Notes: generated by a model not told the origin, from the letters alone. 64,000 nucleotides of DNA from Octopus sinensis (GCF_006345805.1 NC_043011.1:48930464-48994463); one strand, 5' to 3'; counted from the stretch's first letter, positions 38,888 to 51,618 are shown. Numbers and translations are program-made.

Positions 38888-39746
38888 TGATGGCAATAAC
38901 GACAACAAGAACAGCAATAGTAATAATAATAATAATAATAATGTTCAATGTCACAGCCATTATTATTGTTGTTGTTATTGATGTTGCACAGTAAAGACAA
39001 TAAGTTACAAATCACTGTGTTTGTTTAGAAGATACAGGGTGGGAGTATAACCGTGGTTGTGGTGGTTGTGGCAGTGCTGGCGATGGTGTCAGTGGTGTTG
39101 GAATTGGCAAAGGCAACAGCAGCACTGGTAGCAGTGGTACTAGTCATCACTGTTGTGAAAAGGAGGAGGAGGAGGAGGAGGAGAAGAAGTATTGGAGAAT
39201 TATGCCTTGCCCCCTAATAAACTAACACACATTATTGCCCGTACATCGCTCATTGATTGTAGCTTTCTTTCCTTTGGAGACTTTCAACGAAAGTGAAAGT
39301 GAAAGTGAAACAACCCCCATCAACCCCTCCCCCTTCCAAACAAACACATACACACAGACACGCGCACATGCACACACATACAAATGCTCATACACAACAT
39401 GCCTCTTTGGCAATTAAAAAAAAAAAAGGAGAATGGCTGCCGTGATGCGGTTGAACTAAAAAAAAAATAATAAAACACAACATAAACAGAAGCAGAAACA
39501 AACAACAATAATAAAAACAAAACACAAATTTGGGCAAAAAAAAAATAAAATAACCCAAAAGCACAATAAAAAAAAATGGGTAGGGTTTCATTATTCTTCC
39601 TTTAAATAATAACATCAACTCTGTTTGATTTGTTAAGCACTAAAGCTGATAATGAAATTTGGCTTATGCAATCCGGCTTTTATTTGTATTTTATTTGTTC
39701 TTCGCCACTCTCTACAGTTCCCTCTTCTTCTGTGATTTTGCTGCAG

Positions 39747-39775
39747 ATGGATGCCAGTATTGCCTTGAGCATGAG
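39747..39775 (+). CDS. Candidate 29-nt micro-exon of an unidentified gene
   Basis: Pyrimidine-rich acceptor CTCTTCTTCTGTGATTTTGCTGCAG|, donor GAG|GTAAAT; two frames open (MDASIALSM or GCQYCLEHE). No homology recognised. Confidence 0.2.
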
Positions 39776-40152
39776 GTAAATAAGTAGGCAGGTATGCAGG
39801 TATGCAGGTAGGTGAGATGTTGTGGTGGTGATGGATGGACGGATGGGTGGGTGGGTGGATGGATGGATGGATGGATGGATGGAGGGAAGGGAGGCGGGCC
39901 TTAATTCACACTTTAATAAAGTATCTCATCACTCTTTCGTTTGGTGTCCAGCCAGGTTATTAACGAGTAATTAACTTACTGTTTGCTCCCCGACCCCGCA
40001 CATCCACACCCCGCTTTTACATGCTGTAGCCAGAATCTGCAGCTTAAAGCATGATTACTAGGTTTACCCTTTCTCCCACCACCACCACCACAATCACACA
40101 TGCACGCATACACACACCCACACACTCATTCACTTTCTAGCTACTACTACTA

Positions 40153-40203
<51 letters not shown>

Positions 40204-40282
40204 CTTCTCCACCAACAACTCTTCTATCTAAAGTAATACATGATTTACAATGAGCTAGAGAGCTTAAATCACTTGTAGTAAT

Positions 40283-40676
40283 CTTATCGACTCAAGGCAC
40301 AAGGCCTGAAATTCTGGGGGTGAGGGCTAGTCGATTACATCAACCCCAGTGCATAACTGGTACTTATTTCATTGAAATAAGATAAAGGATGAAAGGATGA
40401 AAGATAAAGTCGATCACAGCAGAATTTGAACTCAAAACATAAGGAGAGATGAAATGCGGCTAACAATTTTGCCAGGCGTGATAACATCTCTTTTCTACTC
40501 TAGGCACAAAGCCTGAAATTTTGGGGGAGTACACAACCGGTACTTAATTTATCGACCCCGAGAGGATTAATGGCAATGTCAACCTTGGTGGAATTTGAAC
40601 TCAGAATGTAAAGACAGACAAAATACCACTAAAATTTTTGCCCAGTGTGCTAACAGTTCTGCCAGCTCACCGCCTT
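40283..40676 (-). mobile_element. Two B copies, tail type 2 (40283-40480, 40490-40676)
   Basis: GGCACAA(G/A)GCCTGAAATT..GAATTTGAACTC..GCCAGCTCACCGCC. Confidence 0.85.
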
Positions 40677-40723
40677 TATCACTTTAATAATAATCATAAC
40701 ATTAAAAATATTAATAATAATCT

Positions 40724-41270
40724 GCCCTGATGCAGTACCAGGCAGTGGCCTTCCTAACTGCTCATTTTAACTGATTGGAAGTGTTATCATGTACTTTGTT
40801 GAGTCTTGGTATAAAAGATGGCCTACAGCAAATATTCTGCTCAATACCACAGATTTGCTTGTCAGTTGTTTGACCATAACCAGTTGAGCATGTCCCTTAG
40901 TGGCTGACGATATGTGCATCTCTGATCTTGAGCAGAAGTAGCTGGGGAGTATCACATCCATGTGGTAAGAAGAATTCTTTGAGGTTTGAATAATTCACCA
41001 TGGGTGTTTCATTCAACATCCTTAAACAACCCTTATTCAGGGACCTTTTGAGTGGGATAGGTTACTCGACCAGAAGAAAATTCTAACTGGGCCCCACCTG
41101 CAAAGTCATGCGCTGTTTATCTTGATATGAGATCACCATGTTGCGCACATATGGTTGTGATGCATGTGCCTAGTGTACCCTTATCAGACGGGTTGTAATG
41201 ATGGGTATACTGGGCTTCATATGTTTTACCCCAATGTCACTTTGATGGCATACACTACTCTCTCACTCAA
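40724..41270. mobile_element. Family C element, complete copy (about 550 bp) flanked by (AAT)n on both sides
   Basis: AATAATAAT-CTGCCCTGATGCAGTACC ... CTCTCACTC-AATAATAAT; no ORF or TIR seen. Confidence 0.9.
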
Positions 41271-41294
41271 TAATAATAATAATAATAATAATAG

Positions 41295-41515
41295 TTTATT
41301 TCTTTACTAGGCACAAGGGACTAAATACAGAGAGGACAAACAAGGACAGACAAACAGATTAAGTTGATTATATCGGCCCCAGTGTGTAACTGGTACTTAA
41401 TTTATCGACCCTGAAAGGATGAAAGGCAAAGTCGTCCTCGACGGAATTTGAACTCAGACCGTAACGGCAGACGAAATACGGCTATGCATTTTGCCCGGCG
41501 TGCTAACAATTCAGC
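41295..41515 (-). mobile_element. SINE B, tail type 1
   Basis: Reverse-complement match to 17714-17945. Confidence 0.85.
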
Positions 41516-42239
41516 CATCCCCACAAAAGCAAATCCACGAGGGAAGTTAACTGAGATACGCTCAAATCAAAAAACAGGTTTGATGCGGTTGCGGTTGGTT
41601 TCTTGGTAAAACATCTACGATAATGAAAAAAGAAAAAGTAAGGAAAAAAATTGAAATAAAAATTCAAAACGCAATGAAAAGAAAATTTGTCAAAAGGAGA
41701 ATCAGTACTGATTTGCTGGTAGTTTAGGCTTTCATCGGTGGGGAAAAATCATAATCAAGTAAGATGTAATATAAAAACAATAAAGCAAATATTTAGAGAG
41801 TGTTTTTCTCATCACCACTTCATAGCTTTGAATATGAAATTCCATAACAAGTACACGCACACACACACACACATGAACATATGCAAACACGCAATCATAT
41901 GAAAGCACACACATACACACACACACTTATGTATATATATATATTTTGCCATCATACCTCCATGTACGTGCAAACACACAAAAAAAGTTTTCTTTCATGA
42001 TAGAGAGAGTGAGTCGATATATAAGTTGGTACTTTTTTTTTGGGGGGGGGGTTGTTGTTGTACGTATTTGTTTTAATGTTTGTTTTGTTTATCTTTTATT
42101 TATGTTTTACTTTTTTATTTGTTTGGTTTTTTTTTTGCTGGTTCTCTGTATTGAAACTAAAGAAAAATATTGTTGATGTTTTCATCATCTTGTCATTTCT
42201 CTGTTTCTATCTTTCAATATATAAATGTGTGTATATGTG

Positions 42240-42794
42240 TATGTATGCATGTGTGGATCCTTATATGTATGTGAGTGTGTGTGTATGAATATTTGTACAT
42301 ATATATATATATGTATTTAGAAATACATACACACACACACACACACACACACATATATGTATATAGACATATATATATCTATATACACACATACGCACAT
42401 ATATATGTAGATATATATATATACACACACACATGTATATATATGCATATAAATGTCTACATATATGTGTATACATACACACACACACACACACACATAT
42501 ATGTATATAGAAATATATATATCTATATACACACACACACACATATATGTAGATATATATACGCACACACACATGTATATATATATGCATATAAATGTCT
42601 ACATATATGTGTATACACATACACACATATATGTAGAGATATATATACACACACACGTATATATATGCATATAAATATCTACATGTATGTGTATACATAC
42701 ACTCACACATATAAATATATATATATATATATATACACACACAAAGTTACACTGCTATTCATCAAGCAACATTGAAAATATAATTTGGTCTCTC

Positions 42795-42829
<35 letters not shown>

Positions 42830-43030
42830 ATGCACGTGCATTTGTGTTTAGTGTGCATGCATATGTGTGTACCTCCATTAATACATAATAGAAAATACAC
42901 TTCTCCTGAACAAGATTTACGCATCTACAAATATAAACAACAACAACAACAACAACACTAGTAATAATATAATAATAATGATAGCAATAAAAGAAATAAT
43001 AACAATAATGATGATGGGGATGATAATAAT

Positions 43031-43076
<46 letters not shown>

Positions 43077-43110
43077 GTGATGATGATAATAATAATAATA
43101 TTGATGATAA
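42240..43110. repeat. (CA/TA)n compound array plus (AAT)n
   Basis: Direct reading. Confidence 0.9.
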
Positions 43111-43579
43111 AGCGACATGTAAATACATCAAATGATGTAATAATTCTATAAAAGGAGGAATAAAGAAAGAAAAAAAGGTTGCTGTATGATGGACAACAGC
43201 TTTTGAGATGGAAAGAAAAAATCCACCACGACTACCACCGCAGAAAAAAAAATTCTAGCAAAAAATATTAAAAAAAAACGAAACAAAAAGTAACGTATGA
43301 AAGTTGCGGGGCTGCAACATTTAGTGCACATAACAACATGATGATAAATAAATGATGGGTTCATTAGCGCCGCATCAGGAATGATGTAATTAACATTAAG
43401 TGATCCAGCTTCTTTCTCTTTTTATTTATTTTTTCTTTTTCCTGAACATTCTTCGCCGATATTCCTTCACCCGTTTTCACTATCAAACATAACTGAATCA
43501 CACGCACATGAAAAAAATATCTATCTGGTGTCCCTGTTAAAGTTATATATCTGTTTGTTCAATTTTTTTTTTTTTTCAG

Positions 43580-43634
43580 GTTGTTATCTCAGATACTGCT
43601 CAAGCCAAGAAATCCAAATTTAGTTCCTTTTCAT
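43580..43634 (+). CDS. Candidate 55-nt exon, unidentified
   Basis: Long poly(T)-CAG| acceptor; possible donor CAT|GTATTT; open frames VVISDTAQAKKSKFSSFS or LLSQILLKPRNPNLVPFH. Confidence 0.15.
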
Positions 43635-43773
43635 GTATTTTATATTTTATGTTTTATACATACATACATATACACACACATATATATGTATATATACACA
43701 CACATATACATATGTATATATATAAACACACATACACATATGTATATATACATACACATACACATGTATAAAG

Positions 43774-43806
<33 letters not shown>

Positions 43807-44167
43807 CATATATATATTTGCTTTTCTTCAAATATTATTACTAGCACAGTAAGATATTAATTCATATTTTTTATGCTTCGAAGTTTTATGATCTGGATAT
43901 TAATTATGTTTGGTTGTTCTGTTCACTATGTCGTATGATGGACAAACTCCAGATTATAGGACAAAAAAATTATATAAGTTGCAATGAGGGAAACAAAATG
44001 TATTAATATTTCTACTCATGCAAATATATGTAGCAAGATTTTTTTACAGGATATTGGTAGATACAGTGATTAGATTTGCAAAATATTGAGAAATATTAAC
44101 CATATGTGAAGATATATTAGTTACTAGTACAAAATACCGAGATATATTAATCATGTTTTCTTTTTTT

Positions 44168-44510
44168 CTTTTTTCATTTGCTTCAGTCATTTGACTGTGG
44201 CCATGCTGGAGCACCACCTTTAGTCAAACAAATTGACCCCAGGAATTATTTATTCCATCAGTGTGTTTTGCCGAACTGCTAGGTTACGGGGATGTAAACA
44301 CACCAACATCGGTTGTCAAGTGCTTCTGGGCTCAGTCCCACTGCGTGGCACCTTGGGCAAGTGTTTTCTACTATAGCCTCGAACCGACAAAAGCCTTGTG
44401 AGTGGATTTGGTGGATGGAAACTAGAAAAAGCCTGATGCATATGTGTGTGTGTGTGTGTGTGTGTGTCTGTCTGTCTGTATTTGTCCCCCCACCATCACT
44501 TGACAACCGA
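44168..44510. mobile_element. SINE A fragments in opposite orientation (- 44168-44310; + 44328-44510)
   Basis: Module matches. Confidence 0.8.
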
Positions 44511-45330
44511 TGTTTCCAGACAAATTTGTCCCATCTTCTAACAGTTTTTAAAACCGAAGGCAGTTATTTGAGAGCGATTTGACTGCTATTTCTAAGCACT
44601 CAGGTGTCATACTGAAAAACAACCTCTTTGACTATCATCCTAGATGAAGTATGGGCAAGTAAGTATTCTTATGAAAGAAACTACATGAAGCATGGCTTAT
44701 CATCAGACAGGTTACTAAAAGCAACTGAAGATTATTTTTTATTAATTGTGCCAATCAATCAGGAAGACACATGAGCTGTCATTTGCCCGTGACTGTCCTA
44801 AACATTGTCGAACTGATATATCAAATTGAATGCTTTGATCTTGTGACCTATGAGGACATAGTTTGGTATGCTATCAATTCTGTTACATCACAATAAATTT
44901 TGTCAAATAATAAATTTTGTCAAAACGAAGCTAATTGTCTCATTTTCTTTCAATTCTCATTAAAGTTAATGAAAAAATGTTTCTAAACCAAATAATTAAT
45001 ATTTGTCTTCCATCACCATTCACTATACTATCATTGTTTCAGTGTGTGCGTATGTGTGTGACTGTCTGTATATGTGTCTACATGTATGAATATATGTATC
45101 TATGTGTGTATATATGTACATATCTATTTATGTATGTGTGTGTCTATAATAGAGCACTCTGTGTATACTGTGTGCATCCATGTGTTTACATTTTGTATAC
45201 AAGTTTGTATTCATATGTACATATATGTATGTCACAGACTATAAGCAGATTTAGTATCAATCTGTATGTGTGTATGTATAGATGTACTCACATTTGTATG
45301 TGGGCATATTTACCCATACTCACACACAGA

Positions 45331-46525
45331 CATGCTTGACCAACCTACTAGTAATGGAAGAATTGGTGACGCACATCCTCGATGATAGTGATGCTGTTGA
45401 CATCGTTTTACTGGACTTTGCCAAAGCGTTTGACTCGGTAAACTACCGCCTATTGCTTGTCAAGCTTCAAGCATATAGTTTCCATCCGGATATTGTACGA
45501 TGGGTTGGAGCCTTCCTCTCAGATCGCTCCTTCCAAGTCCAAGTTAATGGTTCGCGGTCCGACGTCTCCAGTGCGAGCAGTGGCGTGCCTCAAGGTTCAG
45601 TGCTTGGGCCCTTGTTGTTCTTAGTCTTCATAAATGACTTGCCCAATGACCTCACGCAACACACCCTTCTATTTGCCGATGATATCAAACTGGTCGCTCC
45701 TCGCGGTAATATAGAGGATCTTCGTCGATGCCTCCACCAAATTTGGAAGTGGTCTAACAATTGGGACCTGTGTCTGAACGTGTCAAAGTGCTGTCGGCTC
45801 TACTCCTGCAACTCAACTTGATTTCGAGCCGGGTCGTCTGCTGCTGGAGAGGACCGATCAGGTAAAGGACCTAGGTATCTTGGTGGATTCCTCCTTTTCG
45901 CCTTCGGCCCAGTGCGTCCATGCTGCCAACAAAGCACGCGGAATTCTGTTCTTGATTCGACGGTCATTCGGAATGCTCACAGCAGCCATATTCCTACCAC
46001 TCTATGTCACGCTGGTGAGACCCATATTGGAGTATGGGATTCAAGCCTCTTCTCCTTATCTCCTCAAAGACATACAGCATCTCGAAAGAGTCCAGAAGCT
46101 GGCTACCCGCATGGTTCATGGTCTCAAAAATTTGTCCTACGAAGAAAGGCTGAGGACGCTCGACCTTTATTCTCTTGAAAAACGCCGCCGCCGTGGTGAT
46201 CTCATTCTCGCCCACAACATCATAAGCGGAAAGTGTAACCTCTCGAAAGAGCTGTTCTTCACTCCTGCTCCAGAGCATCGGCTGCGGGGTCGTTCCGAAA
46301 AGCTCTACCTGCGACGATTTCATCTCAATCGAAGGAGAGGAGCTTTCTCCGTCCGGGTTGCGGATCCATGGAACAAGCTGCCAAACGAGATGGTGAAGAT
46401 GCCGACGACCGCTTTGTTCAAAGCCTCCCTTGACCTCAAGTGGCCTGAACTCTTTACATGAACACCACTCTGTACTTAACTCCATGTCCCCCTACATGGC
46501 CTTGCTATTTGCTTTTGAGCCAAAT

Positions 46526-46585
<60 letters not shown>
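45331..46585 (+). mobile_element. 5'-truncated CR1/L2-type non-LTR retrotransposon: RT domain, C-terminus, 3' UTR and (TAAC)n tail
   Basis: CLTNLL..VDIVLLDFAKAFDSV..GVPQGSVLGPLLFLVFINDL..LLFADDIKL; one frameshift near 45800; VKDLGILVD..LYVTLVRPILEY..LERVQKLATRM..RRRRGDLI..FSVRVADPWNKLP; stop at 46459-46461; (TAAC)n at about 46525-46585. Confidence 0.95.
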
Positions 46586-46675
46586 AGTCACACAAACATT
46601 TATGTGCATATACATTTATATACATGCATACATATATGCATATCTGTATGGATATATATATATACATATTTAGTG

Positions 46676-47074
46676 TTTTTACTTGTTTCAGTCATTTGAC
46701 AGTGGCCATGCTGGAGCACCGCCTTTAGTCAGACAAATCGACCCCAGGATTTATTCTTTGTAAGCCTAGTACTTATTCTATTGCTCTGTTTTTGCCGAAC
46801 CACTAAGTTACGGGGACGTAAACACACCTGTGGTTGTCAGGCAATGTTGGGGAGACAAACACAGACACAAACATATATACACACATACATATATATATAT
46901 ATACATATATACGACGGGCTTCTTTCAGTTTCCGTCTACCAAATTCACACACAATGCTTTGGTCAGCCCAAGGCTATAATAGAAGACACTTCCCCAAGGT
47001 GCCATGCAGTGGAACTGAACCTGGAACTATGTGGTTCTTAAGCAAGCTACTTCCTGCACAGTCACTCCTGCACC
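46676..47074 (-). mobile_element. SINE A, full length
   Basis: Complete modules. Confidence 0.95.
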
Positions 47075-47092
47075 TATATATATAGTAGTAAT

Positions 47093-47340
47093 AATAAATG
47101 CGCCCTTTTAAAGCCTAGCCAGGTTTATGGGTCTGGTTTCCTGGTTTCAATGGCGTACATGTTCCCCAGCTGGACGGGACACCAGTCCATCGCAGTGTTA
47201 CTCATTTTTGCCAGCTGAGTGGACTGGAGCAACGTGAAATGAAGTGTTTTGCTCAAGAACACAATGCGTTGCCCGGTCCAGGAATCGAAACTACAATCTC
47301 ACGATCATGATGCTGATACCCTAAGCCATGTGACTCCACC
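47093..47340 (-). mobile_element. SINE D with V-domain-like tail module
   Basis: Head ATGGCTTAGGGTATCAGCATCATGATCG..GTTTCGATTCC; CORE-like CTTGAGCAAAACACTT; ACTGCGATGGACTGGTGTCCCGTCCAGC; tail GGCTAGGCTTTAAAAGGGCG. Confidence 0.9.
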
Positions 47341-47559
47341 GCCTATATATACGCATGTATGTAAATATAATCATAACCAGAGAGAATGGTTTTATAATAT
47401 ATATATGTATGTATATATATTAAATATATATATACATAGTTACATCCTCGTCTTTGTGTCAGGGTGCCAATATTTGCATGTCAGTTTCTACATGCACAAC
47501 ATTTTCTGTAAAACTGCCAGCAAATAGGGCACATATGAATAACACCACATACACATATA

Positions 47560-47688
47560 CACACGTACATGCATGCATTTAAACATACATATAAACACAC
47601 ACACACACACATATACAAATATTCATTCATTGATTCTATCATATATATATCATATATATATATCATATATATATTATATATATATATC

Positions 47689-47725
<37 letters not shown>

Positions 47726-47890
47726 ATATATTTATATTTATACATATATATATATATATATATACATACGAAAATATATATATATACACACATGTATATA
47801 TATTTATATATATATATATACACACACATGTATATATATATATATATATATATACATATATATACAAATGAGTATATATATGTACACTGG
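47560..47890. repeat. (TA)n-rich field
   Basis: Direct reading. Confidence 0.9.
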
Positions 47891-48508
47891 CTTAAAGAAT
47901 GAAATCTTGGATGACATGTACAGCAATTATTAGGTGCCAAAATGTTCAGAAGTTTCCGTGAAATTAGCCAAATGACAAGTAGTGCAACAATGTTGGCACC
48001 AATTTCATGTTATTTAACCATTTCAGGTGCCATTGAAGTTTATACCTATAACCTTTTCATCTGCAGAAGTTGATTTACAAAGTAGTGGGTTTTATTTGTT
48101 CGGCCCCCTTCACTGCCACTGTTGCTCGGCTGGTTATTAGCCACCAGTAATCAAAGTCTTGCCAAGTTATACTACAAGCTGATGCAATATAACTCTGTCT
48201 ATTCACGCACATGCAAACACACACACACGCACGCATACATCGGCACACACATATACATGTACACACTCATATGCATGTATATACACACATACAAGCATGT
48301 ATACACACACACATACACGTGTACCAATATGCATAAAATCATATTCACTACCCACATTTTATAATTTTATAAACATTTACATAATTATAAATATGCATAT
48401 ATATATACATATGTGTGTGTGTATATATATATATATATATTTGTTCATATAAACACACACACACACTTTGCATACATGCTTGTTACATGTACATATGCAT
48501 GTCAATAT

Positions 48509-49057
48509 GTTAGGTGGTCAGATGTTAGGGATGGCATGGTCTCAGAAATTGTCTAACAGCAACGACTGGCTTCTCCTGCTTGTGTAGCATGGTGCAGAGT
48601 CCTGTTGCCAGACATAGGGTCTTCCAGCAGCCACCCTCTTGACTCAGGGTAGCTGTACCTCCTCCCGGCACTTGATGTAGGCCACCGCGTTGTATCTGAG
48701 ACCGTGTGGAAAGATGAATGGAGGCATAATGTCACCATCGCTAGTGATCACTCCAAACACCATGATGTTCACTTCATGTTTGATTTTCATCACTCTCAGT
48801 ACATGTCCTCAAATTGCGCTGTCCTCAGATAGACACCTAAATACTCAGAAATGTTCAAATTGTAGCTTCCGCTGTGAATGGCAAGCATGTCATTTCCAAA
48901 TTTCTGACAGAGTGAATTGCAACATGGTGCTGTTTTTCTAACAGATGGTGCCCAACTTACCCTACTATACTGTGTAGTCTACAAAATCAAAAACAAACAG
49001 CATTGATGGATGAAGTTAATAGTATAGAATTGTGTCAATTTACCCATAGCACCCTGA
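48509..49057 (-). mobile_element. maT (DD37D)-type deletion derivative, 3'-truncated
   Basis: Left end TA-TCAGGGTGCTATGGGTAAATTG; MKIKHEVNIMVFGVITSDGDIMPPFIFPHG..GRPYVWQQDSAPCYTSRRSQ. Confidence 0.85.
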
Positions 49058-49059
49058 TA

Positions 49060-49220
49060 GATCGCTAGCCACTACGCATTCTTTATTTTCTCTACTTGTT
49101 CCTTTCTGTGGAAGAGCGTAGGCTCGAAATGTTAAAGACTTTTTCACTTCCCGAGTGTTATACTAATACATCTGTTTGTTGTCTACACCACCTGTCTTCA
49201 TTTTTTTTTTGTGAATTCTT

Positions 49221-49225
<5 letters not shown>
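49060..49225 (+). mobile_element. Short PLE-terminus-like element ending in (TA)n, with a degenerate HHR (49102-49137)
   Basis: CTTT-CTGTGGA-A-GAGC-gtag-GCTC-GAA-ATGT-T-AAAG. Confidence 0.55.
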
Positions 49226-49257
<32 letters not shown>

Positions 49258-49850
49258 TACAATTGCATACTCTTTGCATACAGGTTACTTGCACATAAGC
49301 ATATTAATATATATATACATGTGTGTGTTTGTGTGTGTGTGTGTGTGTATGTGTGTGTGTGCATATATATATATCTGTGCATATATATATATCTGTATAT
49401 ATATATATATTTATATATGCTCATCCACACACGTATGTACAGGCATAACTCAACTTATGACAGTTACTGGTTCAAAGACACATGACTTAAGTTGAAAGAC
49501 GATGTAACACAAAAAAGACATTTAAAAACTTTATTAGCTTATATCTGTTTTAATAAATGGTCTGTACATACTTTAACTCATATTTTATTGGATTTTCTAT
49601 CGCAGTATTGGCGTTTTTTTGGTGCTTTTTAAAAATTTCTATGTTTTAAGCATCTTTGCTGAGACTGACATAATATCAGATAAATCGACAGAAGTTGAGA
49701 TTTATTTTCTTCAATTAATTTTTTTTCGTAAAAAGGTGTAAAGCTGAAAAAGACAACTCTTAAAGATTTGAGTTTGTGAGTTGAGGTATGCCTGGGTATA
49801 TATTTGTATATCATCTACTTATCTTTTTATCTATTTATTTCTCTCTATAT

Positions 49851-50024
49851 AGGCGCAGGAGTGGCTGTGTGGTAAGTAGCTTGCTTACCAACCACATGGT
49901 TCTGGGTTCAGTCCCACTGAGTGGCACCTCGGGCAAGTGGTCTTCTACTATAGCCTCGGGCCGACCAAAACCTTGTGAGTGGATTTGGTAGACAGAAACT
50001 GAAAGAAACCCATCGTATATATGC

Positions 50025-50089
<65 letters not shown>

Positions 50090-50304
50090 ATATGTTTGCG
50101 TGTCTGTGTTTGTCCCCCCAACATTGCTTGACAACTGATGCTGGTGTGTTTACATCCCTGTAACTTAGTGGTTCAGCAAAAGAGACTGATAGAATAAGTA
50201 CTAGGTTTATAGAGAATAAGTCCTGGGGTTGATTTACTCGACTAAAGGTGGTGCTCCAGCATGGCCGCAGTCAAATGACTGAAATAAGTAAAAGAGTAAA
50301 AGAG
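49851..50304 (+). mobile_element. SINE A, full length
   Basis: Complete modules. Confidence 0.95.
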
Positions 50305-50337
50305 AATATATCATCTGTTTCTCTGTCTATTTGTGTG

Positions 50338-50480
50338 AAGTCACGTGGTTTAGTGGTTAGGATGATGCACTCATAATTGTATGACTGTGGGTTCGATTTC
50401 TGGATCAAGTAATGCTTTGTGGTCTCCAGCAAAACACTTCATTTCATATTGCTCCAATGCATTCAGCTGGCAAAGTGAGT
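50338..50480 (+). mobile_element. SINE D head + CORE-like domain, diverged
   Basis: TGGTTTAGTGGTTAGG..GGTTCGATTTC..CAGCAAAACACTTCATTTC. Confidence 0.8.
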
Positions 50481-50827
50481 AATTCTTCGATGAACAGGAG
50501 GAGAAATACATATGCCACAAAATCTGGGAAACTGGCCATATGAGCTGAATGGCACAGGAAGGACTCCTGATCCTTTTATTTGATCTGTTTATTTACACAC
50601 ACACACACACACACCAATTGGTTCAATTCTCCATCAGTTTTGATGTGTATTTTATTCATCTCTCAACTGAAGGACCTACTCTTGGAATTAATATATAAAG
50701 CGGATTAGTATTCCATAGATATTAGTACCCATCTGACATGTGGGTGTGAAGGAGAATGTTACAAGTCGCTTACAAGGAACATCAGACAAATGAATGGGCG
50801 TTACAAGAAGAAGGTGAAAAACAGCAA

Positions 50828-50882
50828 CTCTTGGACAGTGTGGAAAGGACAAAACTTTTGTCCTTTTCACACTGTCCAAGAG
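50828..50882. repeat. 27-bp near-perfect palindrome with a 1-nt loop
   Basis: CTCTTGGACAGTGTGGAAAGGACAAAA-C-TTTTGTCCTTTTCACACTGTCCAAGAG (one mismatch). Confidence 0.9.
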
Positions 50883-50920
50883 CTGCCGTTTTTCTGAAGC
50901 AGAGGTCTGGAAAAGTTATG

Positions 50921-51150
50921 AGGTGCAGGAGTGGCTGTGTGGTAAGTAGCTTGCTTACCATCCACATGTTGGTGGTGCATAAAAAGCACAAAGCACACTC
51001 TGTTATATGGTTGGCATTAGGAAGGGCATCCATCTGTAGAAACCATGCCACAACAAACAGTTGGAATCTGGACAGCTCCCTGATTACCAGCTCCATGTCA
51101 AACCGTCCAACCCATGACAGCATGGAAAACAGACGTTAAATAGTGATGAC
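50921..51150 (+). mobile_element. SINE A head joined to a family E 3' module
   Basis: GGAGTGGCTGTGTGGTAAGTAGC..CCACATG then GGTGGTGCATAAAAAGCAC..GGAAGGGCATCC..CAGCATGGAAAACAGACGTTAAA. Confidence 0.8.
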
Positions 51151-51618
51151 ACTTTAAAATCACTTGATATTAATTTATGTTACACACATATAAGCATTAT
51201 ATTTATCAATTAAATGTATACATACATCTACATTATTCTCATTAGCAAGAGAAAGAAAAAAAACGTTTAAATCTTTCGAAATTCACCCATTTATATACAC
51301 AAGCTGTCACAGAGTAGAACTGATGTGTGACATGAATTGACTTGGAATGCATTTTCATATAGGATTTTTAAAAGGTTTTCTGTTTTGCAGAAAATATTTG
51401 ATAAAACCTAATTACAAACCTAAAACACCACAGAAAGAATCTATTAATATTGTTAAATGCTTCTCAAATGCAAGAACTCTCTCTATATATATATGTCTGT
51501 ACATGGCATATTGGGCAAGCTTCTGCATCAGAGATGGAGTGATCTGAAGCTTAAGATTCGAATTTGGTACATGGAAACTGTGTAGAAGACCATCATGTGG
51601 ATTACGCCTGTAATTTAA

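Noticed and set aside
46525-46585. (TAAC)n as an interstitial telomere
   Set aside because: It is not TTAGGG-type and directly follows a LINE 3' UTR, so it is the LINE tail.
48060-48120. DLQSSGFYLFGPL resembling the mariner PDLAPSDYHLF motif
   Set aside because: Isolated weak match with no flanking transposase similarity.
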